The notes: generated by a model from the sequence alone, not told the origin. A stretch of DNA of 64,000 bases from Pseudomonadota bacterium (GCA_027624315.1 JAQBXX010000003.1:11800-75799); one strand, 5' to 3'; counted from the first letter of the stretch, positions 11,886 to 19,528 are shown. Program-made: numbers and translations.

Positions 11886-13736
11886 ATGACACACGTACCT
11901 TCTGCCTTCGATCCGAAAGCCTTTCTCAAGACCGTGACTGGCAGGCCGGGCATCTACCGCATGCTCGATGCTGTGGGCGGGGTGCTGTATGTGGGCAAGG
12001 CGCGCAATCTGAAGCAGCGCCTGGCCAGTTATTTCCAGCAGCGATCCGCCACGCCGCATGCCGGCAAGACACAGGTCCTGGTCGAGCAGGTGCGCAATAT
12101 CGAGGTCACCGTTACGCATACGGAGACTGAAGCACTGATTCTGGAATGCACGCTCATCAAGCAGCTCAAGCCGCGCTACAACATTTTATTGCGCGATGAC
12201 AAAAGCTATCCCTACATTTTCCTGTCGAGCAAACACGAATTTCCGCGCCTCGCGCTGCACCGTGGTGCTAAGCGCGCAACGGGACGCTACTTCGGTCCGT
12301 ACCCGGGCGCGCTCGCGGCGCGCGAGAGCCTGCATCTGCTGCAAAAGCTGTTTCAGGTACGCCAGTGCGAGGACAGCTTCTTTCGCAACCGTTCGCGCCC
12401 CTGCCTGCAGCACCAGATCAAGCGCTGTACCGCGCCGTGCGTGGGAGCCGTGAGCCAGGAGCGCTACGCGGAAGACGTGCGCCATACCGTGATGTTTCTG
12501 GAAGGCAAGAACCCCGAGGTGATCGGGGAACTGGCGGCGCGCATGGACCAGGCGGCGGAGCAGCGGGATTTTGAGCAGGCGGCACATTATCGCGACCAGA
12601 TTGCGAGCCTGCGCCAGGTGCAGGAGCATCAATACGTCAGCGGGGAGAAGGGCGATCTCGACGTGATCGCGGCGCTGGTGCAAAACGGTGTGGGCTGCGT
12701 GGAGGTATTTTTTATCCGCGCCGGACGCGCGCTCGGCAACAAGGCCTTTTTCCCGCGCCTGCCGGAAGGCGCCAGCGCAAGCGAGATGCTGGGGGCCTTC
12801 ATGCCGCAGTATTATCTCGGCAGCCACACGGGTGACGAACAGCAGATCATCCCCGCCGCAATGATTACCCAACCGCCGTTGGAAGACGCAGACTTGCTGG
12901 AGCAGGCGTTGAGCAGCAAGGCCGGGCGCCGCGTGACTATTTCAAGCAGCGTGCGCGGCGCGCGTGCGCGCTGGCTGCAACTCGCGCAGACCAACGCGGA
13001 GCATGCGCTGGCGCAACAACTGGCCAGCAAAGGCCATATGAACGAACGCTTCGATGCCTTGCGCGCAGCATTGCAGCTTGACCACACGCCCGGCCGCATC
13101 GAGTGTTTCGACATCAGCCACACCCAGGGCGAGGCCACCGTGGGGTCGTGCGTGGTATTTGACAGCCAGGGCCCGCTTAAATCCGCCTACCGGCGCTTCA
13201 ACATCGAAGGCACACCACCGGGCGACGACTACGCCGCCATGCAGCAGGCCTTACTGCGCCGCTATACCAGACTCATGCAGGGCGACGGCATTCTCCCCAA
13301 CATCCTGTTCATCGACGGCGGGAGAGGGCAGGTGGCCGAGGCTGTGCGTGTGCTGGAGGAGTTGCAGATCACCGGCGTGACGATAGTCGGTATCGCCAAG
13401 GGCGAGGGGCGCAAGGCGGGGCTGGAATCCCTCATCGTGGCACACCGGCGCACACCACTTCGGCTACCACCCGATGCGCCTGCCCTGCACCTGATTCAGC
13501 AACTGCGCGATGAGGCGCACCGCTTTGCCATCACCGGACACCGCAAACAGCGGGGCAGGGCGCGCACCACTTCCACGCTGGAGGGCATCCCCGGCATCGG
13601 GCCGCGCCGCCGCCGCGAGCTGCTCAGCCAGTTCGGGGGCTTGCAGGGCGTATCACGTGCCGGGGTGGAAGACCTCAGCCACGTGCCGGGCATCAGCAAA
13701 CAGCTTGCGCAGAAGATATACGATGTGTTTCATTAG
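11886..13736 (+). CDS. uvrC: Excinuclease ABC subunit C
   Basis: 616 aa; GIY-YIG N-terminus (GIYRMLDAVGGVLYVGKARNLKQRL), UvrC C-terminal HhH region; conserved uvrC-pgsA-tRNA synteny. Confidence 0.95.
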   Translation: MTHVPSAFDPKAFLKTVTGRPGIYRMLDAVGGVLYVGKARNLKQRLASYFQQRSATPHAGKTQVLVEQVRNIEVTVTHTETEALILECTLIKQLKPRYNILLRDDKSYPYIFLSSKHEFPRLALHRGAKRATGRYFGPYPGALAARESLHLLQKLFQVRQCEDSFFRNRSRPCLQHQIKRCTAPCVGAVSQERYAEDVRHTVMFLEGKNPEVIGELAARMDQAAEQRDFEQAAHYRDQIASLRQVQEHQYVSGEKGDLDVIAALVQNGVGCVEVFFIRAGRALGNKAFFPRLPEGASASEMLGAFMPQYYLGSHTGDEQQIIPAAMITQPPLEDADLLEQALSSKAGRRVTISSSVRGARARWLQLAQTNAEHALAQQLASKGHMNERFDALRAALQLDHTPGRIECFDISHTQGEATVGSCVVFDSQGPLKSAYRRFNIEGTPPGDDYAAMQQALLRRYTRLMQGDGILPNILFIDGGRGQVAEAVRVLEELQITGVTIVGIAKGEGRKAGLESLIVAHRRTPLRLPPDAPALHLIQQLRDEAHRFAITGHRKQRGRARTTSTLEGIPGIGPRRRRELLSQFGGLQGVSRAGVEDLSHVPGISKQLAQKIYDVFH

Positions 13737-13745
13737 GATATATCC

Positions 13746-14297
13746 ATGAATCTGCCCAATATCCTGACTTTTGTCCGCATCGGCCTGATCCCGGTGTTCG
13801 TGCTTGCCTTCTATCTCCCGTTCAGCTGGGCGCATGTACTTACCGCCGCAATCTTCGCCCTGGCGGCCCTGACCGACATACTGGACGGCTACCTCGCGCG
13901 CCGGCTCGGGCAGGTGTCCGCCCTCGGCACCTTCCTCGACCCGGTAGCGGACAAGCTGATGGTCGCGGTTGCCCTCGTACTGCTGGTGCAGGCCGACCCC
14001 ACACCCTGGCTCGCCATCCCGGCCGCCGTGATTATCGGGCGCGAGATCACCATTTCCGCATTGCGCGAATGGATGGCGGAGATCGGCCAACGCACCTCGG
14101 TCGCGGTGTCGGTGATAGGGAAATTCAAGACCGTCGCCCAGATGCTGGCGCTGCTGTTCCTGCTCTACCGCGAGCCGGTGGTGGGGCTTCCCGTCTACAG
14201 TATAGGCCTGGTGTTACTGTACTTGGCGGCGGGGCTTACGTTGTGGTCCATGGTGGTCTATTTACGTGCCGCCTGGCGCAGCCTGAGGGCGGGCTGA
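13746..14297 (+). CDS. pgsA: CDP-diacylglycerol--glycerol-3-phosphate 3-phosphatidyltransferase
   Basis: 183 aa membrane protein with CDP-alcohol phosphatidyltransferase motif (DGYLAR...G...D...ADK); follows uvrC as in E. coli. Confidence 0.92.
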   Translation: MNLPNILTFVRIGLIPVFVLAFYLPFSWAHVLTAAIFALAALTDILDGYLARRLGQVSALGTFLDPVADKLMVAVALVLLVQADPTPWLAIPAAVIIGREITISALREWMAEIGQRTSVAVSVIGKFKTVAQMLALLFLLYREPVVGLPVYSIGLVLLYLAAGLTLWSMVVYLRAAWRSLRAG

Positions 14298-14354
14298 CAG
14301 CCGCTTTACCTTGACAGCCGGGCCACCGCGGTTACAATAGCGAGCTTCATTTGT

Positions 14355-14429
14355 GCGGGAATAGCTCAGTGGTAGAGCACAACCTTGCCAAGGTTGGGGT
14401 CGCGAGTTCGAATCTCGTTTCCCGCTCCA
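14355..14429 (+). tRNA. glyW: tRNA-Gly (anticodon GCC)
   Basis: GCGGGAATAGCTCAGTGGTAGAGCA...CTTGCCAAGG...GGTTCGAATCT...CCCGCTCCA; cloverleaf by eye; anticodon loop ctGCCaa. Confidence 0.93.
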
Positions 14430-14448
14430 TAATTCAATGATTCAGCAC

Positions 14449-14522
14449 GGCTGGGTGGCAGAGTGGTCATGCAGCGGCCTGCAAAGCCGTGTACGCCGGT
14501 TCGATTCCGACCTCAGCCTCCA
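14449..14522 (+). tRNA. cysT: tRNA-Cys (anticodon GCA)
   Basis: GGCTGGGTGGCAGAGTGGTCATGCA...CCTGCAAAG...GGTTCGATTCCG...CAGCCTCCA; anticodon loop ctGCAaa. Confidence 0.92.
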
Positions 14523-14550
14523 TTATCCCTCGCTATTACCCTCTCATAAT

Positions 14551-14637
14551 GCCCGGGTGGCGGAATTGGTAGACGCAAGGGACTTAAAATCCCTCGGCCT
14601 CACGGCTGTGCCGGTTCGATTCCGGCCCCGGGCACCA
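14551..14637 (+). tRNA. leuZ: tRNA-Leu (anticodon TAA), long variable arm
   Basis: GCCCGGGTGGCGGAATTGGTAGACGC...CTTAAAATC... variable arm ...GGTTCGATTCCGGCCCCGGGCACCA; 87 nt. Confidence 0.92.
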
Positions 14638-14662
14638 TATAAAATCAATAAGATAAAAGCTA

Positions 14663-14697
14663 TACTTGAAGTAACTTCAAGATGACTTTTTTTGCCC
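14663..14697 (+). terminator. Rho-independent terminator after tRNA cluster
   Basis: cttgaagt/acttcaag hairpin followed by atgacttttttt. Confidence 0.6.
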
Positions 14698-14847
14698 GTA
14701 GGGAAAACGTGCCAGATTAATCACGTTGCCACCGCGCTCCGATTCAATGCGTGCCGACGCTACAGCCAAATATTCAGTGGTTAATCCATGTTCTGGCGCA
14801 GTCCGTTGGCCATCCGGCTCTCGCTCGCTAGCGGCCGATGGTCGCGC

Positions 14848-14880
14848 TTGACATACCATTAATGGTATAGGCACAATATG
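14848..14880 (+). promoter_or_regulatory. Putative promoter with perfect 16-bp palindromic operator for the downstream toxin-antitoxin fusion gene
   Basis: TTGACA (14848-14853) then ATACCATTAATGGTAT perfect palindrome (14853-14868), a further ATGGTAT half-site and a CACAAT -10-like hexamer ending about 6 nt before the ATG at 14883 (possible leaderless mRNA). Confidence 0.45.
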
Positions 14881-14882
14881 GT

Positions 14883-15428
14883 ATGTGGCGCATCGAGGAG
14901 CACCGTCGAGTCGACAAACAGCTCTCGGGAGCCGTCCCGCCCGAAATACTCAAGCGCTACGAGAAATGGAAAGACATTGCGAGTCTCTCGGGCCCGCCCG
15001 GTCTGCGCACGATCAAGGGGTTTCACGATGAAGCTCTATCGGGCGAGTGGAAGGGCCATCGATCTTCCCGACTGGGGCTTCAGTGGCGAGTGATCTATCG
15101 AGTCGTCGCGGACGTACTGTCGATCCAGGTCATTCAAGTCACCCCACACGATTACGGAGGCCCTGATATGAAAGAGTTTCGTCCTGCCAAGAAGCGAGTT
15201 GAGGTTTCTGTGGGAGAGTCTGTCCGCATCCTTCGCGAGCTCCAGGAACTCAGCCAACGCCAGCTCTCCGAACTCACGGGTATTCCTCAGGCTACTATCT
15301 CCGCCATCGAGAATGGCCGGATCAATCTGGGCGTCGAGCGGGCCAAGGTTCTAGCTCGTGCACTCAAGTGTCACCCGGCGGTGCTCGTTTTCCCGGGCTG
15401 GGAGGTTCCACTTGAATCTGCGGCATAA
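14883..15428 (+). CDS. RelE/ParE(HigB-like) toxin fused in frame to an XRE-family HTH antitoxin (single 181-aa ORF; internal SD+ATG at 15168)
   Basis: N-terminal ~94 aa ends ...GEWKGHRSSRLGLQWRVIYRVVADVLSIQVIQVTPHDY (RelE/ParE fold signature); C-terminal half MKEFRPAKKRVEVSVGESVRILRELQELSQRQLSELTGIPQATISAIENGRINLGVERAKVLARAL is a Cro/C1-type HTH; no stop between them (gat tac GGA GGc cct gat ATG). Confidence 0.7.
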   Translation: MWRIEEHRRVDKQLSGAVPPEILKRYEKWKDIASLSGPPGLRTIKGFHDEALSGEWKGHRSSRLGLQWRVIYRVVADVLSIQVIQVTPHDYGGPDMKEFRPAKKRVEVSVGESVRILRELQELSQRQLSELTGIPQATISAIENGRINLGVERAKVLARALKCHPAVLVFPGWEVPLESAA

Positions 15429-15497
15429 CCCAACACTCAAGCGGACACCAAAATCCCCCGATAAAGTTGACACCCGGTGCTGATTGGAGAATAAACA

Positions 15498-15831
15498 CAT
15501 GATTCAGGAAACTATTGGCAGAATCGAAGACAAAATTAAAAAAACCAAATTGATGCAGGGAGAAAACAAGGATGAGCTGCTGCATCTGGTGGCAGAGCTA
15601 AAGAGTGAAGTAATGGCACTTTCCAAAACACATCCGGAACAAGCCGAAAGCATTGCCGGCTTTGCAGATATTTCCGCACATGAAGCCGTGAGGGATGTGA
15701 GAAACCCAGACCTGTCCAAGCTGTCAACCGAAGGATTGCTGGCCTCCGTGCGCGAATTCGAGCAATCTCACCCGCGACTGGTTAGCATTGTTAATGTCAT
15801 CAGCAACACCCTGTCAAATATGGGAATTTAA
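15498..15831 (+). CDS. Small coiled-coil protein, probably DUF4404 family
   Basis: ATG at 15498 preceded by GGAG 9 nt upstream; C-terminus ...EFEQSHPRLVSIVNVISNTLSNMGI resembles the conserved DUF4404 C-terminal motif; lower GC than flanks. Confidence 0.55.
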
Positions 15832-15919
15832 GACTAGGAAATCCACCAGCAATCACTGCGATGGTGAAGGCGGAGGGAAGAGAATGATGGGTTTGCGAAC
15901 GGTGCGGGCTTGTGGGATG

Positions 15920-16126
15920 TCAAATGTAAGGCCTGACCCTAGTGTTTCTGACCCTAGTGTTTCTAGTAGTAGTGTTTCTAGTTTCTAGTGTTTCTAGTAG
16001 TGTTTCTAGTAGTGTTTCTAGTGTTTCTAGTGTTTCACGTAGTGTTTCACGCGGGATGGTTTTGCATTCGTGTTGCAGCAGTGAGTCTGCCTCCTTGCCC
16101 AGGAGTTGGCTGATGCGGTCGATCAT
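15920..16126 (-). CDS. Hypothetical 68-aa ORF whose C-terminal two thirds are encoded by the tandem repeat (…RETLRETLETLETLLETLLETLETRNTTTRNT…)
   Basis: ATG at 16126 preceded by GAGG 7 nt upstream; non-repeat N-terminus MIDRISQLLGKEADSLLQHECKTIP; may be spurious. Confidence 0.25.
   Translation of the reverse strand: MIDRISQLLGKEADSLLQHECKTIPRETLRETLETLETLLETLLETLETRNTTTRNTRVRNTRVRPYI
15934..16050. repeat. Degenerate tandem repeat array, ~10 units of (TAG)n-TGTTTC / GACCCTAGTGTTTC (7-15 nt units)
   Basis: Direct reading: tgaccctagtgtttc x2, tagtagtagtgtttc, tagtttc, tagtgtttc, tagtagtgtttc x2, tagtgtttc x2, acgtagtgtttc. Confidence 0.9.
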
Positions 16127-16274
16127 GCGGACACCTCGTTTATCTGGACGGGCTGCGGTAATGCGGGTCTATCCAGCAGCGCGGCGGTTTTTCATCGGAA
16201 GGGAATACGAGCTCAGTCTTGTCAAACGATGCAGGCTCCGGCATTTCCTCGCCGACATGGCTGCTTAGGTGGGT

Positions 16275-16466
16275 TTATTTTGCGCAGCTACGGTCAGAAT
16301 CTTCCGTGAAAGCCTGCGTGCCTATGTAGTAGGTGTTTTGGTAAGTCTGATACTGCTGTAAACCCCACAGGCCGGCAGCAATCACCAATGCGAGGAATAG
16401 TGCCCGGTAGTTCCGCGCGAGGGAGGAGAGGCTGGACGTCCGGGCGAAGGTCTGGGTGCTGAACAT
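16275..16466 (-). CDS. Hypothetical small membrane protein (63 aa, one TM helix)
   Basis: ATG at 16466 with GAGGTG SD 4-5 nt upstream; hydrophobic segment ALFLALVIAAGLWGL; immediately downstream of srkA. Confidence 0.4.
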   Translation of the reverse strand: MFSTQTFARTSSLSSLARNYRALFLALVIAAGLWGLQQYQTYQNTYYIGTQAFTEDSDRSCAK

Positions 16467-16549
16467 AATTCACCTCATGCAGGGCTCGTCTCGCCATACT
16501 ACCCCCCATCCGTGAGCCGCTACAAGCATCTAAGCATTGGGCCCTTTGA

Positions 16550-17542
16550 TCACGCGGGCGCGAGAGGCGGCTCATCCATCAGCGCCACCTGCTCGCGCAG
16601 TTCGAGGATGCGATCCTGCCAGTAGCGCTGGGTGTTGAACCAGGGGAAGGCGGCGGGGAAGGCGGGGTCGTCCCAGCGCCGGGCCAGCCACGCCGAGTAG
16701 TGAATCAGACGCAACGTGCGTAGCGCCTCCACCAGATGCAGTTCACGCATATCGAAATCGCAGAAATCCTCGTAGCCGGCGAGCACGTCGCCGAGCTGGC
16801 GCTGCATCGAGGAATGATCGCCTGAAAGCAGCATCCACAAATCCTGTACGGCGGGCCCCATGCGGCTGTCATCGAAGTCGACGAAATGCGGGCCGTCATC
16901 GGCCCACAGTACGTTGCCGGCGTAGCAGTCGCCGTGCAGGCGCAATATGCGCACCTTACCGGCGCGCGCATAACAACTGCGCACGCCGTCCAGCGCCTGC
17001 GCCACGACGCTCTGCCAGGCATCCATCAGGTCCGCAGGAATGAAGCCGTGCGCGAGCAGGTAATCGCGCGGTTCTTCGCCGAAGCTTGCGATGTCCAGTG
17101 TGGGCCGGGCAAGAAATGGCCGCACCGCGCCGACCGCGTGGATGCGCCCGATAAAGCGGCCCATCCATTCAAGAGTGGTGCGATCATCGAACTCGGGCGC
17201 ACGACCGCTTTGCCGCGGATATACGGCGAAACGAAAGGCCCCGAAGCTGTGTAGCGTCTGTTCACCAGCGAGAACCAGCGGGGCCACGACCGGTATCTCG
17301 TGCTCGACGAGCTCATGCACGAACGCATGCTCTTCCAGAATGGCGGCGTCAGACCAGCGTCCGGGACGATAAAACTTCGCCACCATCGGCGGGCCTTCAT
17401 CCATGCCGGCTTGATAAACGCGGTTTTCGTAACTGTTGAGGGCGAGCAGGCGTCCGTCACCCCTCAATCCCACACTCTCCAGCGCATCGAGCACGCAATC
17501 CGGCGTGAGCCCCGCATAGGGCGTGGTTTCGGTGATATCCAA
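16550..17542 (-). CDS. srkA: Stress response Ser/Thr protein kinase SrkA (YihE/RdoA family)
   Basis: 330 aa; strong similarity to E. coli YihE along whole length (LNSYENRVYQ, FYRPGRWS, LRLHGDCYAGNVLW, GPAVQDLWMLL, PWFNTQRYW); TTG start 10 nt after higA stop. Confidence 0.88.
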   Translation of the reverse strand: MDITETTPYAGLTPDCVLDALESVGLRGDGRLLALNSYENRVYQAGMDEGPPMVAKFYRPGRWSDAAILEEHAFVHELVEHEIPVVAPLVLAGEQTLHSFGAFRFAVYPRQSGRAPEFDDRTTLEWMGRFIGRIHAVGAVRPFLARPTLDIASFGEEPRDYLLAHGFIPADLMDAWQSVVAQALDGVRSCYARAGKVRILRLHGDCYAGNVLWADDGPHFVDFDDSRMGPAVQDLWMLLSGDHSSMQRQLGDVLAGYEDFCDFDMRELHLVEALRTLRLIHYSAWLARRWDDPAFPAAFPWFNTQRYWQDRILELREQVALMDEPPLAPA

Positions 17543-17552
17543 GGGCAGCCTG

Positions 17553-17927
17553 CTAGGCCGCGCGCCGTAACGGATATTTTTGTATCAGTACGTCGGCCGG
17601 AATATTCAATCCTTCCGACAGGCGGCGCACCATCTCCAAGGTAAGCGGGCGTGTACGGCCCAGTATCTCTGCAACCCGTCCACGGCTACCGATGCAGGGT
17701 TCCAGGTCTTTACGAGTCAATCCTCGTGTTTCCATCACATAGTGCAGGAAGTCAATCGGATCAGGGTCTGGGATGGGGTAGTGCCTGGCCTCGTAATCGG
17801 CAATGAGCAGCGTCAGCACGTCCAGCCGGTCGGCTTGGGGAGTGCCGGCCTTTGCCGCCCACAGCGCCTCGGCCTCTTTGAGAGCGGCCTTATAGTCACG
17901 TTTACTCTTGATCGGTTTCAGTTCCAT
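17553..17927 (-). CDS. higA: HigA-family antitoxin (C-terminal HTH)
   Basis: 124 aa; C-terminal HTH GLTRKDLEPCIGSRGRVAEILGRTRPLTLEMVRRLSEGLNIPADVLI typical of HigA; directly downstream of higB. Confidence 0.8.
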   Translation of the reverse strand: MELKPIKSKRDYKAALKEAEALWAAKAGTPQADRLDVLTLLIADYEARHYPIPDPDPIDFLHYVMETRGLTRKDLEPCIGSRGRVAEILGRTRPLTLEMVRRLSEGLNIPADVLIQKYPLRRAA

Positions 17928-17942
17928 TTTGTTTGCACCTCG

Positions 17943-18236
17943 TTAAATCGTGCTCGCATCTATCCTTGCGTATTGCTGGTGTGTGCCGACAAAGCGGATA
18001 AACATCAGGCCACGGTTGTAATGCACGGCCACCACCAGCCGGTAGTCATTGCCCTTAATGTTGAATACCACGCGGTTATCGGCCAGGAAGCTTGCATTGC
18101 GATAGGCGGCCTTAATGTCAGCCGGGCTTTTCCAATGGGCGCGACTCGCATCGGCATACCAGCTACGCAAAGGGATTTCCGCCTGTGGGTGCTTTTCCCA
18201 AAACTCGCGCAACCTCGACAGGGCAATAATCCGCAT
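17943..18236 (-). CDS. higB: HigB-family mRNA interferase toxin
   Basis: 97 aa; similarity to E. coli HigB (…FNIKGNDYRLVVAVHYNRGLMFIRFVGTHQQY); toxin gene upstream of antitoxin as in higBA. Confidence 0.8.
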   Translation of the reverse strand: MRIIALSRLREFWEKHPQAEIPLRSWYADASRAHWKSPADIKAAYRNASFLADNRVVFNIKGNDYRLVVAVHYNRGLMFIRFVGTHQQYARIDASTI

Positions 18237-18307
18237 GCATCAATTTACCATGTTCCCACTATGGGAGCAACACGCCAGACGAACATGATGGACGTACACC
18301 GTATATT

Positions 18308-18335
18308 ACTTAACATAATATACATTATACGAAGT
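18308..18335 (-). other. dif: dif-like chromosome dimer resolution site (XerC/XerD target)
   Basis: Reverse complement ACTTCGTATAA-TGTATA-TTATGTTAAGT vs E. coli dif GGTGCGCATAA-TGTATA-TTATGTTAAAT: central 6/6, XerD arm 10/11, XerC arm 7/11; in AT-rich spacer at the point where gene orientation converges. Confidence 0.7.
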
Positions 18336-18367
18336 ATTATTAATAAGTAAGTTAATAAATACAATAA

Positions 18368-19144
18368 CTAGGGAGATACTTTAAAAAGTCTTATAAAGTT
18401 ACTGGAGGTGGCCTCTTCGACTGCCGACAGAGGGATATTACGCACCTCGGCAATGCGCTCGGCGACGTGGCGCACATAGGCAGGCTGGTTGGTCTTGCCC
18501 CGTTTCGGAACCGGGGCGAGATATGGGGAATCGGTTTCGATCAACAGGCGGTCAAGCGGCATCCGCGCGGCGACGTCGCGCAGGGTGTGGGCACTGTTGA
18601 AGGTGACAATGCCGGAAAACGAGATGTAGAAATTGAGCGCCAGCGCCGCCTGGGCCATTTCCCAGTCTTCGGTAAAGCAGTGCATCACGCCGCCTGCCCG
18701 CTCGGCACCCCCCTCGCGCAGGATACGCACGGTGTCTGCCTTAGCCTCGCGGCTATGCACAATGAGGGGCTTGCCGACGCGCAGCGCAGCGCGGATATGA
18801 GTGCGGAAGCGCTCCTGCTGCCAGCCAACGTCACCTTTGCAATGGTAGTAGTCGAGGCCGGTCTCGCCGATGGCGACGATCTTGGGATGCTGCGCCAGCG
18901 CAACCAGCTCATCCACTGTCGGTTCGCGGCACTCGCGTTCATCGGGGTGCACGCCTACGGAGGCATAGATGAAGGGGTATTGCTCGGCGATAGCGAGCAC
19001 CGCGGGAAAGGTTTCGAGATTTACGCAGACACTCAGCAGTTGCTCCACGCCCTGCTGCCGTGCGGTCTGGAGGACATGGTCGAGATCCCCTCCCAGCGCG
19101 TCAAAATCGAGCCGGTCGAGGTGGCAGTGCGAATCAATCAGCAT
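18368..19144 (-). CDS. tatD: TatD-family metal-dependent DNase (YcfH)
   Basis: 258 aa; MLIDSHCHLD N-terminus and conserved TatD motifs; synteny holB-pilZ-tatD. Confidence 0.9.
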   Translation of the reverse strand: MLIDSHCHLDRLDFDALGGDLDHVLQTARQQGVEQLLSVCVNLETFPAVLAIAEQYPFIYASVGVHPDERECREPTVDELVALAQHPKIVAIGETGLDYYHCKGDVGWQQERFRTHIRAALRVGKPLIVHSREAKADTVRILREGGAERAGGVMHCFTEDWEMAQAALALNFYISFSGIVTFNSAHTLRDVAARMPLDRLLIETDSPYLAPVPKRGKTNQPAYVRHVAERIAEVRNIPLSAVEEATSSNFIRLFKVSP

Positions 19145-19153
19145 ACCCTTGTG

Positions 19154-19528
19154 CTACAGGGTGTTTGTTGCACGCTCGGCCTGCAACAGCCCGGCGAGAT
19201 AGCCCTCAATCTTGCTGCGCGTGGAGCCGCCGTCTATCTCGCTGAACTGCACGCCGATGCCGGCGGGGCGATTTCCCTGCGCTCCCTTGGGAGTGAGCCA
19301 GACGATGCGACCGGCGACAGGCAGTTTTTCTGTCTCATCCATCAGCGTGAGCAGAATAAACACCTCGTCACCCAGCTGGTAGGCCTTGGCGCTGGGAATG
19401 AACATCCCGCCGTTCTTGATAAACGGCATGTAAGCGGCGTATAGCGCGCCCTTGTCCTTGAGTGACAGCGACATGATGCCCTGTCGTCCCGTCGCAGGTG
19501 CGGGTTTGGGTGCTTCAGCCATGTGCAA
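19154..19528 (-). CDS. pilZ: Type IV pilus assembly PilZ-domain protein
   Basis: ~120 aa; LSLKDKGALYAAYMPFIKNGGMFIP matches Pseudomonas PilZ; conserved tmk-holB-pilZ-tatD order. Confidence 0.85.
   Translation of the reverse strand: MHMAEAPKPAPATGRQGIMSLSLKDKGALYAAYMPFIKNGGMFIPSAKAYQLGDEVFILLTLMDETEKLPVAGRIVWLTPKGAQGNRPAGIGVQFSEIDGGSTRSKIEGYLAGLLQAERATNTL

Noticed and set aside
15934-16050. Short tandem repeats considered as a CRISPR array
   Set aside because: Units are 7-15 nt with no constant repeat/variable spacer alternation and no cas genes; it is a minisatellite.
16550-17542. Kinase considered as a HipA-type toxin of a tripartite TA system
   Set aside because: Sequence is clearly YihE/SrkA-like (aminoglycoside-phosphotransferase fold), not HipA; retained only as a hypothesised functional partner of HigBA.
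18304-18339. 16-nt exact match to the loxP right half (ATACATTATACGAAGT) with an imperfect inverted left arm, suggesting a lox site or cloning-vector contamination
   Set aside because: The left arm is only 10/14 and the full 34-bp lox structure is absent. The match is fully accounted for by the site being a dif-type Xer core, to which lox sites are related.
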